DNA of 64,000 nucleotides from an uncultured Clostridia bacterium (GTDB lineage Bacteria > Bacillota > Clostridia > Oscillospirales > CAG-382): assembly GCA_944375955.1 (NCBI GenBank), contig CALWBE010000026.1:2291-66290 (forward strand), given 5' to 3'. The position numbers and the translations under genes were made by a program. The notes under the pieces are model-generated. The model made no database searches, had not been told where the DNA came from, and saw nothing but the letters and a program-made list of their open reading frames with translations. Positions 29,780 through 38,261 of the stretch are shown here, in pieces. How positions within the stretch are numbered: the first letter of the stretch is position 1; each line of letters opens with the position of its first letter.

Positions 29780-31198
29780 ATGTTAAATATCCAGTACATG
29801 GCCGAACTTGAAAAAATGTCACCGGCGGAAGCAAAAAAAGTTCTTGACCTAAAGGCGCAGGAAATGAAAAATTCGGTTATTTTTACACCTAATTATATTC
29901 CTAAAGCAGAGCGCGTAATATATGTTTCCGAATCGGGATGTGACTGCAATGACGGACTTTCTATGGAAAAACCGATAAAAACACTTGAAAAGGTAAATGA
30001 AATAACACTTCCGGGCGATACTATTCTGTTTAAAAGAGGGGATCATTTCCGCGGAAGAATCACAGTAAACAAAGACGGCGTTACTTATGCCTCTTACGGC
30101 GAAGGTATAAAGCCTATTATAGATTCATCAAGACGCAATTTTGCTGATCCGGAAATATGGGAGAAAACAGACGCTGAAAATGTTTATGTCTGTACAGAGC
30201 AATTCAACAATGCCGGACTTATTCATTTCGATCCCAGCTATACGTATGGACAATATAACGAGCTTTACGGCCATATGAAGCTTCGCCGTGAAGACAGTTT
30301 TGACTATAAAAAGCTTGAAAATGATCTTGAGTTTTTCTGCGACAGAAAAACCGGCAAACTTTATCTTTACTCTGATAAAGGAAATCCCGGAGAGCGTTTT
30401 CTCGATATTGAAATCGGCGAAGGCGGAAATACTTTCGGCGGATCGGCGCATAACGTGACAGTGGACGGATTATGGATAATGCATACCGGTTCTCACGGAG
30501 TGGGCTCGGGAACTACTGTAAACCGTGTTGTCCGCAACTGCATTTTCTCATGGCTCGGCGGTTCTATGCTGGGCGGTGAAATGAACGGAGATAAATATAA
30601 CACAACTCGTTACGGCAACGCCGTTGAAATATACGGAGGCTGTGAAGGCTATACTGTAGAAAACAACTGGATGTATCAGATATATGATACCGCTGTAACT
30701 CACCAGTATGGTTGGTATTCTGAAGGAAACTGCATTCAGCATGACGTGCTTTACCGTGATAATCTTATGGAATACTGCTTCTGGTCAATAGAGTTTTATG
30801 ACGGTGAGCGTGCAGGAACAACAAGAGAAGTAAAAAATGTTTATATGACAAATAATTTCTGCCGCATGGGCGGATATGGTTGGGGCTGCAAAGGACGCGA
30901 ACACGGAGCTCCGCTGTTCTGCGGTTCTCATGTATGTGATAATCTTTCAAATTTTGTTGCCGAAAACAATATCTTTTGTCAGACTCTCGGTGTTATTATT
31001 CATCTTGAAGACGATCCTGGAGCAAAAAATATTGAACTTAAAAATAATGTTTACGTAAATCCAAAAGGGGCAAATCTCGGAACTATTTTCGGAAAGAGAT
31101 ATTCTTTCGATGATAGCGCGAAAGATACACTGCGCAAGCTTGTTCATGAAGAAAATCCCACAGTTGTATTTATGCCTGCGCCGGAAGTAAGATTTTAA
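29780..31198 (+). CDS. Right-handed parallel beta-helix protein, no signal peptide (polysaccharide lyase/depolymerase or tailspike-like)
   Basis: 472 aa. Paralogue of 31231..32646 and of the C-terminus of 1048..4359. Shared blocks GVTYASYGEGIKPIIDSS, TRYGNAVEIYGGC, WMYQIYDTAVTHQ, GGYGWGCKGRE. Confidence 0.8.
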   Translation: MLNIQYMAELEKMSPAEAKKVLDLKAQEMKNSVIFTPNYIPKAERVIYVSESGCDCNDGLSMEKPIKTLEKVNEITLPGDTILFKRGDHFRGRITVNKDGVTYASYGEGIKPIIDSSRRNFADPEIWEKTDAENVYVCTEQFNNAGLIHFDPSYTYGQYNELYGHMKLRREDSFDYKKLENDLEFFCDRKTGKLYLYSDKGNPGERFLDIEIGEGGNTFGGSAHNVTVDGLWIMHTGSHGVGSGTTVNRVVRNCIFSWLGGSMLGGEMNGDKYNTTRYGNAVEIYGGCEGYTVENNWMYQIYDTAVTHQYGWYSEGNCIQHDVLYRDNLMEYCFWSIEFYDGERAGTTREVKNVYMTNNFCRMGGYGWGCKGREHGAPLFCGSHVCDNLSNFVAENNIFCQTLGVIIHLEDDPGAKNIELKNNVYVNPKGANLGTIFGKRYSFDDSAKDTLRKLVHEENPTVVFMPAPEVRF

Positions 31199-31230
31199 TT
31201 TTCCTGCAAATAAATTTCGGAGGTGAAAAA

Positions 31231-32646
31231 ATGCCACTAAATAATTTTATGAAAGAGCTTGAAACTGTGTCTCCGGCAAAAGCTAAAGAGATACTTGATA
31301 TAAAAGCTCAGAATATGAAAAATTCGGTAATTTCCGCAAAAAATTATATTCCGAAAAATGAAAGGGTAATATATGTCTCAAATTCGGGAAACGATTCGAA
31401 CGACGGACTTACTCCCGAAACAGCAATAGCATCGTGCGATCGTGTCAATGAGATTACCTGTCCCGGGGATACCGTGCTTTTTGAACGCGGAAGTCATTTC
31501 CGCGGTCACATAGCGGTAAAAAATGATGGAGTTACATATTCAGCATACGGAAAGGGCGTAAAGCCCATTATTGACGGATCTCCTAAAAATTTCGCAGATC
31601 CTGAATTCTGGGAAAAAACAGATGCGGAAAACATTTGGCATTTAAAAGATAAAATAAAAAATGTCGGACTTGCTCATTTTGATCCGAGCTATACTTACGG
31701 AGAATACAATGAGCTTTACGGCACAATGAAATATAAAGGAGACGGGGATTTTTCCGGTTACCGCGATCTGAAATCGGATCTTGAATTTTATTCTGATTAT
31801 GATACTGCCGATTTTTATATTTACAGCGAAAAAAATCCCGGAGATCGTTTCCTTGATATTGAGCTTGCAGAAGCAGGTACGATATTTGCAGGAAAAGCCG
31901 ATAATGTGACGATTGATAATCTGTGGATAACTCATACCGGATGTCACGGTATGGGAAGTGCCGGAGGTTCAAAGAACCGCCGTGTTACAAACTGTGTTTT
32001 CTCATGGCTTGGAGGATCTATCCTTTCCATAAATTTCAGGGGCAGCGGAAAGCCCGTTCGATTCGGAAATGCAGTTGAAATATATGGAGGATGCGACGGT
32101 TATGAGGTGTCAAACTGCTGGATGTATCAGATATATGATACGGCGGTTACGCATCAGTTCTCGGGAGGACCTACAGAGTGTCATCAGCATAATGTGATTT
32201 ATAAAGACAATCTCATGGAATTTTGCTTTTGGTTTATTGAGTATTATAACGGAGATTGCCAGGGACATCCGCAGAGCGTAAAAAATGTTTATATGACAAA
32301 TAATTTCTGTCGTTTCGGCGGATACGGCTGGGGCTGCAAGGGCAGAGAGTCGTCGACTCCTATGTACTGCGGTTCAAGAATGTGCGACGACGTTGAAAAT
32401 TATATTGCGGAAAATAATATTTTCTATCAGTCTTTAGGATTCCTTGTCGTACTCGCAAACTGCGAAGGTCATAAAAAAGAAATACTCCGGAACAATGTAT
32501 ATGTTAATCCTAAGGGTGAAAAATTCGCAAGAATGTATGATAAGGTTTACTTGTTTGACGGAACCGAAAAGGAAATATTAAAAACGGTTGCAAATGAGGA
32601 AAATCCGACAGTCGTATATATGCCGAGACCTGGATATGATTTTTGA
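31231..32646 (+). CDS. Right-handed parallel beta-helix protein, no signal peptide (tandem paralogue)
   Basis: 471 aa, roughly 60% identical by eye to the preceding ORF over its full length. SD GGAGGTG. Confidence 0.8.
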   Translation: MPLNNFMKELETVSPAKAKEILDIKAQNMKNSVISAKNYIPKNERVIYVSNSGNDSNDGLTPETAIASCDRVNEITCPGDTVLFERGSHFRGHIAVKNDGVTYSAYGKGVKPIIDGSPKNFADPEFWEKTDAENIWHLKDKIKNVGLAHFDPSYTYGEYNELYGTMKYKGDGDFSGYRDLKSDLEFYSDYDTADFYIYSEKNPGDRFLDIELAEAGTIFAGKADNVTIDNLWITHTGCHGMGSAGGSKNRRVTNCVFSWLGGSILSINFRGSGKPVRFGNAVEIYGGCDGYEVSNCWMYQIYDTAVTHQFSGGPTECHQHNVIYKDNLMEFCFWFIEYYNGDCQGHPQSVKNVYMTNNFCRFGGYGWGCKGRESSTPMYCGSRMCDDVENYIAENNIFYQSLGFLVVLANCEGHKKEILRNNVYVNPKGEKFARMYDKVYLFDGTEKEILKTVANEENPTVVYMPRPGYDF

Positions 32647-32694
32647 GTATTGAGGATTTAAAGCCTTACATAGATAAATTTTTATAAAAGAGAT

Positions 32695-32731
32695 ATAAGC
32701 GGCATTGATAAAAATTTGCAATGCCGCTTAT
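32695..32731 (+). terminator. Perfect 13-bp hairpin after the beta-helix pair (no T tract on the + strand)
   Basis: ATAAGCGGCATTG (32695-32707) pairs with CAATGCCGCTTAT (32719-32731), 11-nt loop. Followed by A-rich sequence, so the terminator call is weak. Confidence 0.35.
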
Positions 32732-32761
32732 AAAAAATGTAATGTACTGAAAGGAAAATAT

Positions 32762-32926
32762 ATGAAAAAAATCCTTTTCGGAATAGCGCTTATTTTATTT
32801 GGTTTTTATTGCACATATATTTCTGAAATAGCCCGTTGGGGCATTGTAACTATTGCAGGAATAATTTTTTCGGTTGCAGGAATTCTTGTTTCGGTATTTG
32901 CTGTACTTGGGGAAGACAAGAATTAA
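32762..32926 (+). CDS. Small 2-TM membrane protein (54 aa) with a charged C-terminus
   Basis: MKKILFGIALILFGFYCTYISEIARWGIVTIAGIIFSVAGILVSVFAVLGEDKN. SD AAAGGAAAA. Start taken inside ORF 32705..32926. Confidence 0.45.
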   Translation: MKKILFGIALILFGFYCTYISEIARWGIVTIAGIIFSVAGILVSVFAVLGEDKN

Positions 32927-32967
32927 ATTTGATTTTTATATCATAAAACAAAAGGCGGATATAGAAA

Positions 32968-33138
32968 ATGGGAAACGATAAACTTACTGTAATAAATAAA
33001 ACTGTAAAGACCGGAATTACTTTCGGCAGCGCGCTTGCCATGGTTATAAGTTATACGACTTGGAAATCCGTCGGATGGGCTATTTTTCACGGACTTTTAA
33101 GCTGGGTATATGTTATTTATTTTGTTATAAGATATTGA
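32968..33138 (+). CDS. Small membrane protein (56 aa), not in the supplied ORF track
   Basis: Hand-translated as MGNDKLTVINKTVKTGITFGSALAMVISYTTWKSVGWAIFHGLLSWVYVIYFVIRY*. AAGGCGG upstream. Followed by a strong terminator. Confidence 0.5.
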   Translation: MGNDKLTVINKTVKTGITFGSALAMVISYTTWKSVGWAIFHGLLSWVYVIYFVIRY

Positions 33139-33175
33139 TATGGAATTTTAGTTTACATTTAATCGGTTATAATTC

Positions 33176-33216
33176 AAAACCCTTCTGAAAAAGAAAATTT
33201 TTCAGAAGGGTTTTTA
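33176..33216. terminator. Bidirectional intrinsic terminator
   Basis: AAAACCCTTCTGAAAAA / TTTTTCAGAAGGGTTTT, a perfect hairpin flanked by A and T tracts. Lies between convergent genes. Confidence 0.7.
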
Positions 33217-33223
33217 CCTTGGG

Positions 33224-34405
33224 TTACAGACCGATTTTTCTAAGAAGATCCGCGATTTTTTCGGACTGTTCGGATGTTGTATTTTTGTTTATCTGAAGTT
33301 CACGTACCGACCGTTTGATTCCTCCGCAGAAAATAAGTTTAAACCATCTTCGTATCTCGAAAAGCGGAGTAAGCCACTTATGTTTTTGAAGTATGGGGTA
33401 ATGATGCTTTATTATTTCGTAAGGAAGAAAAATTTTTTTCAAAGCATACATTGCTCCGCCTCCACGCTTCTTTTTATGGATAGCTATATGGTTTTGTACT
33501 GTGCCGTATACGCCGCCGCTGAATATATATTCCTGAAGCTCGGATGTTGTATCGTCAGGTTCCGCGCCTGAAAACCATACTTCTGACAGCCTGCGGCAAA
33601 TATTTGCAAAATCAAGAAGATTTCCTTTTTCAAGGAGCATATCGCGGGCGGAAATTTTGCCGGGACCTGCTTTTTTTTCATTTTTATCGAGCAGCCATAA
33701 ATCAAGTATCGGACGAATACCGCAGCCGCCTTCTTCAATATGCTTCGCAATGTGTGCAATATGATAGAAATAAAACATTTCATCTGTCATCATGCGCAAG
33801 CTGCGGTTTGTATCGGGCAGATAAGAATATTTACTGTCCCATACCGAAATTAAAATATCATGCGCGGATGACGCGTATTTGTCTTCTACCAGCTCATAAT
33901 GCAGTTCTATGTGAGTTTTGTTCTTTGAAAACAGAGAAACGTCATGTCCGCCTTCTTCTTCAAAACGGTATCCCAGCTTTTCGGTGAGACTTTTGACTGC
34001 CTGTTTTAAATCCTCCTGATGAACAAGTATATCTATATCGCAGCTTGTTCTCATCCATGGTTCGGGGTAAAAATCTCTTATAACAGCGCCTTTCAGCGGA
34101 ATATATTGTATTTTTTCCTGCTCAAGTATTCCGCAGGCAAGCTGTTGTTCGTACTTCATCTGTTCATATCTGCGAACAGCCTGAAACTGCTGCTTTCTGA
34201 AAAGCGCCGCATTCTCATCGGTATCGGATATAAGTCCGTTTTTAAAGAGTGCCGCACCGACAAGATGTGCAAGTTCCATACGTTTTGAAAACGCATATAA
34301 GCTATTGAAAATATCAGGCTTTATTTCAGATTTTATTTTGCCGTCGAGTTGTTCACCGCAGACTTCACTGCGAAGAAGAGCAAAAAATATCTGTGATACA
34401 GTCAT
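33224..34405 (-). CDS. Nucleotidyltransferase family protein (NTP_transf_5-like)
   Basis: MRTSCDIDILVHQEDLKQA matches the DxD nucleotidyltransferase core of the 'uncharacterised nucleotidyltransferase' family. 393 aa. Confidence 0.65.
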   Translation of the reverse strand: MTVSQIFFALLRSEVCGEQLDGKIKSEIKPDIFNSLYAFSKRMELAHLVGAALFKNGLISDTDENAALFRKQQFQAVRRYEQMKYEQQLACGILEQEKIQYIPLKGAVIRDFYPEPWMRTSCDIDILVHQEDLKQAVKSLTEKLGYRFEEEGGHDVSLFSKNKTHIELHYELVEDKYASSAHDILISVWDSKYSYLPDTNRSLRMMTDEMFYFYHIAHIAKHIEEGGCGIRPILDLWLLDKNEKKAGPGKISARDMLLEKGNLLDFANICRRLSEVWFSGAEPDDTTSELQEYIFSGGVYGTVQNHIAIHKKKRGGGAMYALKKIFLPYEIIKHHYPILQKHKWLTPLFEIRRWFKLIFCGGIKRSVRELQINKNTTSEQSEKIADLLRKIGL

Positions 34406-34592
34406 GATACGTATACTCCTTTAAAATTATATATTGTATGGCTTTTCTCAAGAAATATCCGGCAAATTGTCGTTTACATATAAATTTTATAATTGTTATT
34501 CATAAGTATAAAAATTTCGAGTTATGCATAATGCGAATTGCAAGTAAAAAAAGCGGCGAAAAATTTTCGCCGCTTTGCTTTTTCGTTTTACT

Positions 34593-35294
34593 TTATACAT
34601 CTGAAATTTTTTTTGCTTCTTCACGAAGTTTATTGTAGACGTCTTGTCCTATTTTTCCGGTTCTTAAAAGATAGTCTCCTAAATCTTCAGAAGTCTCAAT
34701 GCCGTCGGAGGAGACACCTTCACGTAAAACTACTTTTGCGGCTGTCTTTAGTATTATCTTTAAATCTCCCAAAAACGATATATGCTGTATGTATTTTAAA
34801 TCATATTCAAATTTTTTTTCCCATGATATTGCATTGCGTCCGTTGCACTGTGCAAGACCGGTTATACCGGGCATAACTGTATGACGCTTCCTCTGTTCCG
34901 GAGTCATAAAAACCATATCAAGTATAAGTTGCGGGCGCGGTCCGACAAAAGACATATTGCCTAAAAGAACATTGATTATTCCCGGAAGTTCATCAAGAGA
35001 TGTGTCTCTGAGAAATTTACCATATGAGGTAAGGCGATTATTGTCAGCGAGAAATATACCGTTTTTATCTTGTTTGTTTGTCATAGTACGGAATTTTATC
35101 ATTTTGAATATTTTCTCGTTTTTCCCCGGCCTTTTTTGAACAAAAAAAGGATTTCCTTTCATCATGAACAAGCCTGATAATGTAAGAATTAAAAACAGCG
35201 GGGACAAAACAACAAGAAGCACAAAGGCAAGACAAATATCAAAGACGGGCTTAAAAAACTTAACATACATATCTGTGTATTTCCTTAAAAACAC
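34593..35294 (-). CDS. Small (PglC-type) phosphoglycosyl transferase / bacterial sugar transferase
   Basis: N-terminal re-entrant helix, PFFVQKRPGKNEKIFKMIKFRTM, and LDELPGIINVLLGNMSFVGPRP. Confidence 0.85.
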   Translation of the reverse strand: MFLRKYTDMYVKFFKPVFDICLAFVLLVVLSPLFLILTLSGLFMMKGNPFFVQKRPGKNEKIFKMIKFRTMTNKQDKNGIFLADNNRLTSYGKFLRDTSLDELPGIINVLLGNMSFVGPRPQLILDMVFMTPEQRKRHTVMPGITGLAQCNGRNAISWEKKFEYDLKYIQHISFLGDLKIILKTAAKVVLREGVSSDGIETSEDLGDYLLRTGKIGQDVYNKLREEAKKISDV

Positions 35295-36430
35295 GCTTTT
35301 ATAGCTTTAATTACATAATTTTGTTCTTCTTCCGTCATCTTTATGTCTGAAGGCAAACATAAGCCCCTGCTGAAAACATCTTCGCTTACCGGGATTTTTT
35401 CTGTATATATATTATCGCATCCTGAAAATACCGGCTGCATGTGCATAGGTTTCCATAACGGACGGGATTCTATATTAAGCTCGTTTAATTTTTTGACTAT
35501 TTCTATAGGATCTTTTTTACAGTTTTTATTTATAAGCATGCATGAAAGCCAGTGATTTGGCGACGTATAATTCAAATAAGGATTCATTGTAACGGGAAGA
35601 TTTTCTTTTATAAACCCTTCCTTATAGTTGTTATATATCTTTTGTTTAAGGTTTCTGTGTTCGGAGAGATATTTCATCTGACCGCGCCCTATTCCGGCAA
35701 GGACGTTTGACATACGATAGTTGTAACCTATTTCCTCATGCTGATACCACAAAGTATTTTCCCGCGCCTGTGTTGCCCAAAAAAAAGCTTTTTCACGAGC
35801 ATTTTTATCACGGGTAATCAACATACCGCCGCCTGATGTAGTGATTATTTTATTTCCGTTAAAGCTTATAATACTGTATTTACCGAAGGATCCGCACTGT
35901 CTTCCTTTGTATGAAGAAGACAAGGCTTCGGCAGAATCCTCGATAAGAAGGATATTGTTATTTTTGCATATTTCAAGTATTTCGTCCATTTTTGCGGGAG
36001 TTCCGTACAAATGCACCATAACAAGCGCTTTTGCCTGAGGATATTTGGCAATTGCCTTCTCAAGCGCGGAAGGATCTATATTCCAAGTATCTCTTTCTGA
36101 ATCTACAAATACCTGTATTCCGCCTTCATAGCTTATGGGATTGACGGTTGCTGAAAAAGTCATATCGCTGCAGAGTACAATATCTCCGCTTTTTATTCCC
36201 GCGAGTTTTATTGCGAGATGCAGTGCAGCAGTACCTGAATTAAGAGAAAGCGAATAGTATTTTTCCGGCATACTGCCGCCTATGTAATTGCTTATGTCTT
36301 CTTCAAAAATATCGCAGTTGAAACCAAGCGGAGCTAACCAGTTTTTTTCAAAAGCTTCTTTTATATAGAATAGTTCCTCTCCATGGGTAGTCGGAGATGA
36401 AAGAAGTATTCGCTTTTTTAATTTCTCCAT
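35285..36430 (-). CDS. DegT/DnrJ/EryC1/StrS-family sugar aminotransferase (PglE-like)
   Basis: N-terminus LSSPTTHGEELFYIKEAFEKNWLAP and PLP-lysine region SFNGNKIITTSGGGML. Overlaps the sugar transferase gene by 10 nt. Confidence 0.9.
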   Translation of the reverse strand: MEKLKKRILLSSPTTHGEELFYIKEAFEKNWLAPLGFNCDIFEEDISNYIGGSMPEKYYSLSLNSGTAALHLAIKLAGIKSGDIVLCSDMTFSATVNPISYEGGIQVFVDSERDTWNIDPSALEKAIAKYPQAKALVMVHLYGTPAKMDEILEICKNNNILLIEDSAEALSSSYKGRQCGSFGKYSIISFNGNKIITTSGGGMLITRDKNAREKAFFWATQARENTLWYQHEEIGYNYRMSNVLAGIGRGQMKYLSEHRNLKQKIYNNYKEGFIKENLPVTMNPYLNYTSPNHWLSCMLINKNCKKDPIEIVKKLNELNIESRPLWKPMHMQPVFSGCDNIYTEKIPVSEDVFSRGLCLPSDIKMTEEEQNYVIKAIKACF

Positions 36431-36674
36431 AATTAAATGCTAACTTAGCCTTTCGCCCTGCAATTTGATTTATATAAATTACCGCATATCCAAAAAAATT
36501 TATACTTATTGTACAGATTTTTTTAGAGTTGCCAAAATAATTGAAATAATATAACTATTACAAAATATTGTAACATGAATATATTATTTTGTCAACATTT
36601 CATAATTAAGCCTTTATATCAAAACAAATATTTAAAATTGATTTTTTTGTAAGATATCAAACAACAGTTAAAGA

Positions 36675-36714
36675 AAAAGCCTCAGATAAATACTTTTAGC
36701 TGAGGCTTTTTTGT
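36675..36714 (-). terminator. Intrinsic terminator after the sigma/anti-sigma operon
   Basis: AAAAGCCTCAG / CTGAGGCTTTT hairpin with T tracts on both strands. Confidence 0.6.
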
Positions 36715-36740
36715 TATAATATTAGGAGTATAAATTCATA

Positions 36741-38261
36741 TTAGTCGCGACGATCTTTTTCCCAGTCTATTATAGTACCGTTTGAAGCATTTACTTCGTA
36801 ATCATACTCATATCCGTTAGAATCAAATTCGATTTCATATACATATATACCGTCGTCTCTGTCTTGTTTTATCTTATAGTTTGTAATATCGGTCTCGGAA
36901 ATTCCGGCATGAGAGAGCGCGGCGGATTTAGCTTCGGCTTCGCTTATAAAGCTGTCTGAAGATGAGGAACCAGGTGAAGAAAATTTATAATCATCATCTT
37001 TTTCCTTGCTGCTTTTTACGATATTGCCGTTTGAAGCATTTACTTCGTAATCATACTCATATCCGTTAGAATCAAATTCTATTTCATATACGTAAATACC
37101 GTCGTCTCTGTCTTGTTTTATCTTATAGTTTGTGATATCAGCTTCCGATACAGCGGCATGAGAAAGAGCTGCGGATTTAGCTTCAGCTTCGCTTATGATA
37201 TTGCCTGTAGATGAGGAATCCTGCCCGTTTTGTGGATTTGTGAATTTGTATTCGTCATCTTTTTCCTTTGAGTTCTTTATTATATTTCCTGTTAACGCGT
37301 CTATCTCATATTCATATTCATATCCGTCAAAAGCAAAATCTATCTCATATACCATAAGGCCGTCTTCAGTATCAAGTTCGGTCTCAAATTTATAAACGCT
37401 GCTAATATCGGAAATTCCGGCATGTGAAAGAGCAATATCAGATGCAGAGTCTTTGTCTATATAAGCTTTACTGCTTGCGGTTCCGACAGATTCAATGCTT
37501 TCCGGCAATATGTTTGCAGATTCCATAAGAAGATTAAGTTCATTTATAGATAAAGGAACGAGCCCTTCAAAGGTGTAGCGTGTATTGTATTTCATTATTT
37601 CCTGTATAAGTCTTGCTTTACCTACAGTTATACCATACTGTTCAGCAATGTTAGACAGTTCTTTATCTGCTGCAACAGTCTGGCTGAGAACAGCTCCGGA
37701 AAAGGTTTCGGTTTGCAGAAGAGAGTTGATCTCTTCAGTTAATCTTGCCTGAAGCTTTTCGCTTTCCGCCTGATCGCTGCCGTCAACACTTATAAGAATA
37801 GAATTTGCAAGCTCATTAAGATAGCCGTTTCTGAGCATAGATCCTATTATAGCATTTACGGCAATATCAAGATCGCTGTTTTTAAAATCCATATCTCCGA
37901 TAACAATTTCAGCGTCTTCATTAAGAGCTTTAACATCTATAACTTTTTCTTTGCGGTTCGCAGTAATCTGAATACTTGGGTTAACATCTAAGGATATTAT
38001 AGAAGCTACCTTATAGTTTTCGGAATAATAAAAACCGAAGCCGAATGCACCGCCGATAAATACGAGCAGACATGCTGCCAAGGCGGTAGCGCGTTTTGTC
38101 CAATTGAATTTTCTTTTGCTGTTATTAATTGAATTCATGGTAATAACCTGTCCTTTCTCCTCCGAGCAGTCAGAGAGGACAGATTCAAGCACATCGGGTA
38201 CGGATTTTTCAAAAGCCTGTTTTAACTTTGAATTTATCTCGCTTTCTCTCATTCGTGTCAC
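36741..38261 (-). CDS. Membrane anti-sigma factor with three extracellular PepSY-like repeats
   Basis: Translationally coupled to the ECF sigma gene (4-nt overlap). One TM segment (ALAACLLVFIGGAFGFGFYY). Three C-terminal repeats of the form SEAEAKSAALSHAGIS..DGIYVYEIEFDSNGYEYDYEVNASNG. Confidence 0.7.
   Translation of the reverse strand: MTRMRESEINSKLKQAFEKSVPDVLESVLSDCSEEKGQVITMNSINNSKRKFNWTKRATALAACLLVFIGGAFGFGFYYSENYKVASIISLDVNPSIQITANRKEKVIDVKALNEDAEIVIGDMDFKNSDLDIAVNAIIGSMLRNGYLNELANSILISVDGSDQAESEKLQARLTEEINSLLQTETFSGAVLSQTVAADKELSNIAEQYGITVGKARLIQEIMKYNTRYTFEGLVPLSINELNLLMESANILPESIESVGTASSKAYIDKDSASDIALSHAGISDISSVYKFETELDTEDGLMVYEIDFAFDGYEYEYEIDALTGNIIKNSKEKDDEYKFTNPQNGQDSSSTGNIISEAEAKSAALSHAAVSEADITNYKIKQDRDDGIYVYEIEFDSNGYEYDYEVNASNGNIVKSSKEKDDDYKFSSPGSSSSDSFISEAEAKSAALSHAGISETDITNYKIKQDRDDGIYVYEIEFDSNGYEYDYEVNASNGTIIDWEKDRRD
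36778..37275. repeat. In-frame 249-bp tandem duplication (two PepSY units), near-identical over the first ~110 nt
   Basis: Unit starts at 36778 and 37027 both read CCGTTTGAAGCATTTACTTCGTAATCATACTCATATCCGTTAGAATCAAATTC. A third, diverged unit follows at ~37276. Confidence 0.8.

Noticed and set aside
17665-33220. att sites or an integrase that would define a prophage
   Set aside because: No recombinase-like ORF lies on either strand. By eye I found no direct repeat of 12 bp or more shared between the left junction (17665-17960) and the candidate right junctions (29557-29779, 32647-33220). The tRNAs at 8.9-9.2 kb are separated from the module by the atp operon and the flippase. A computational repeat search is still needed.
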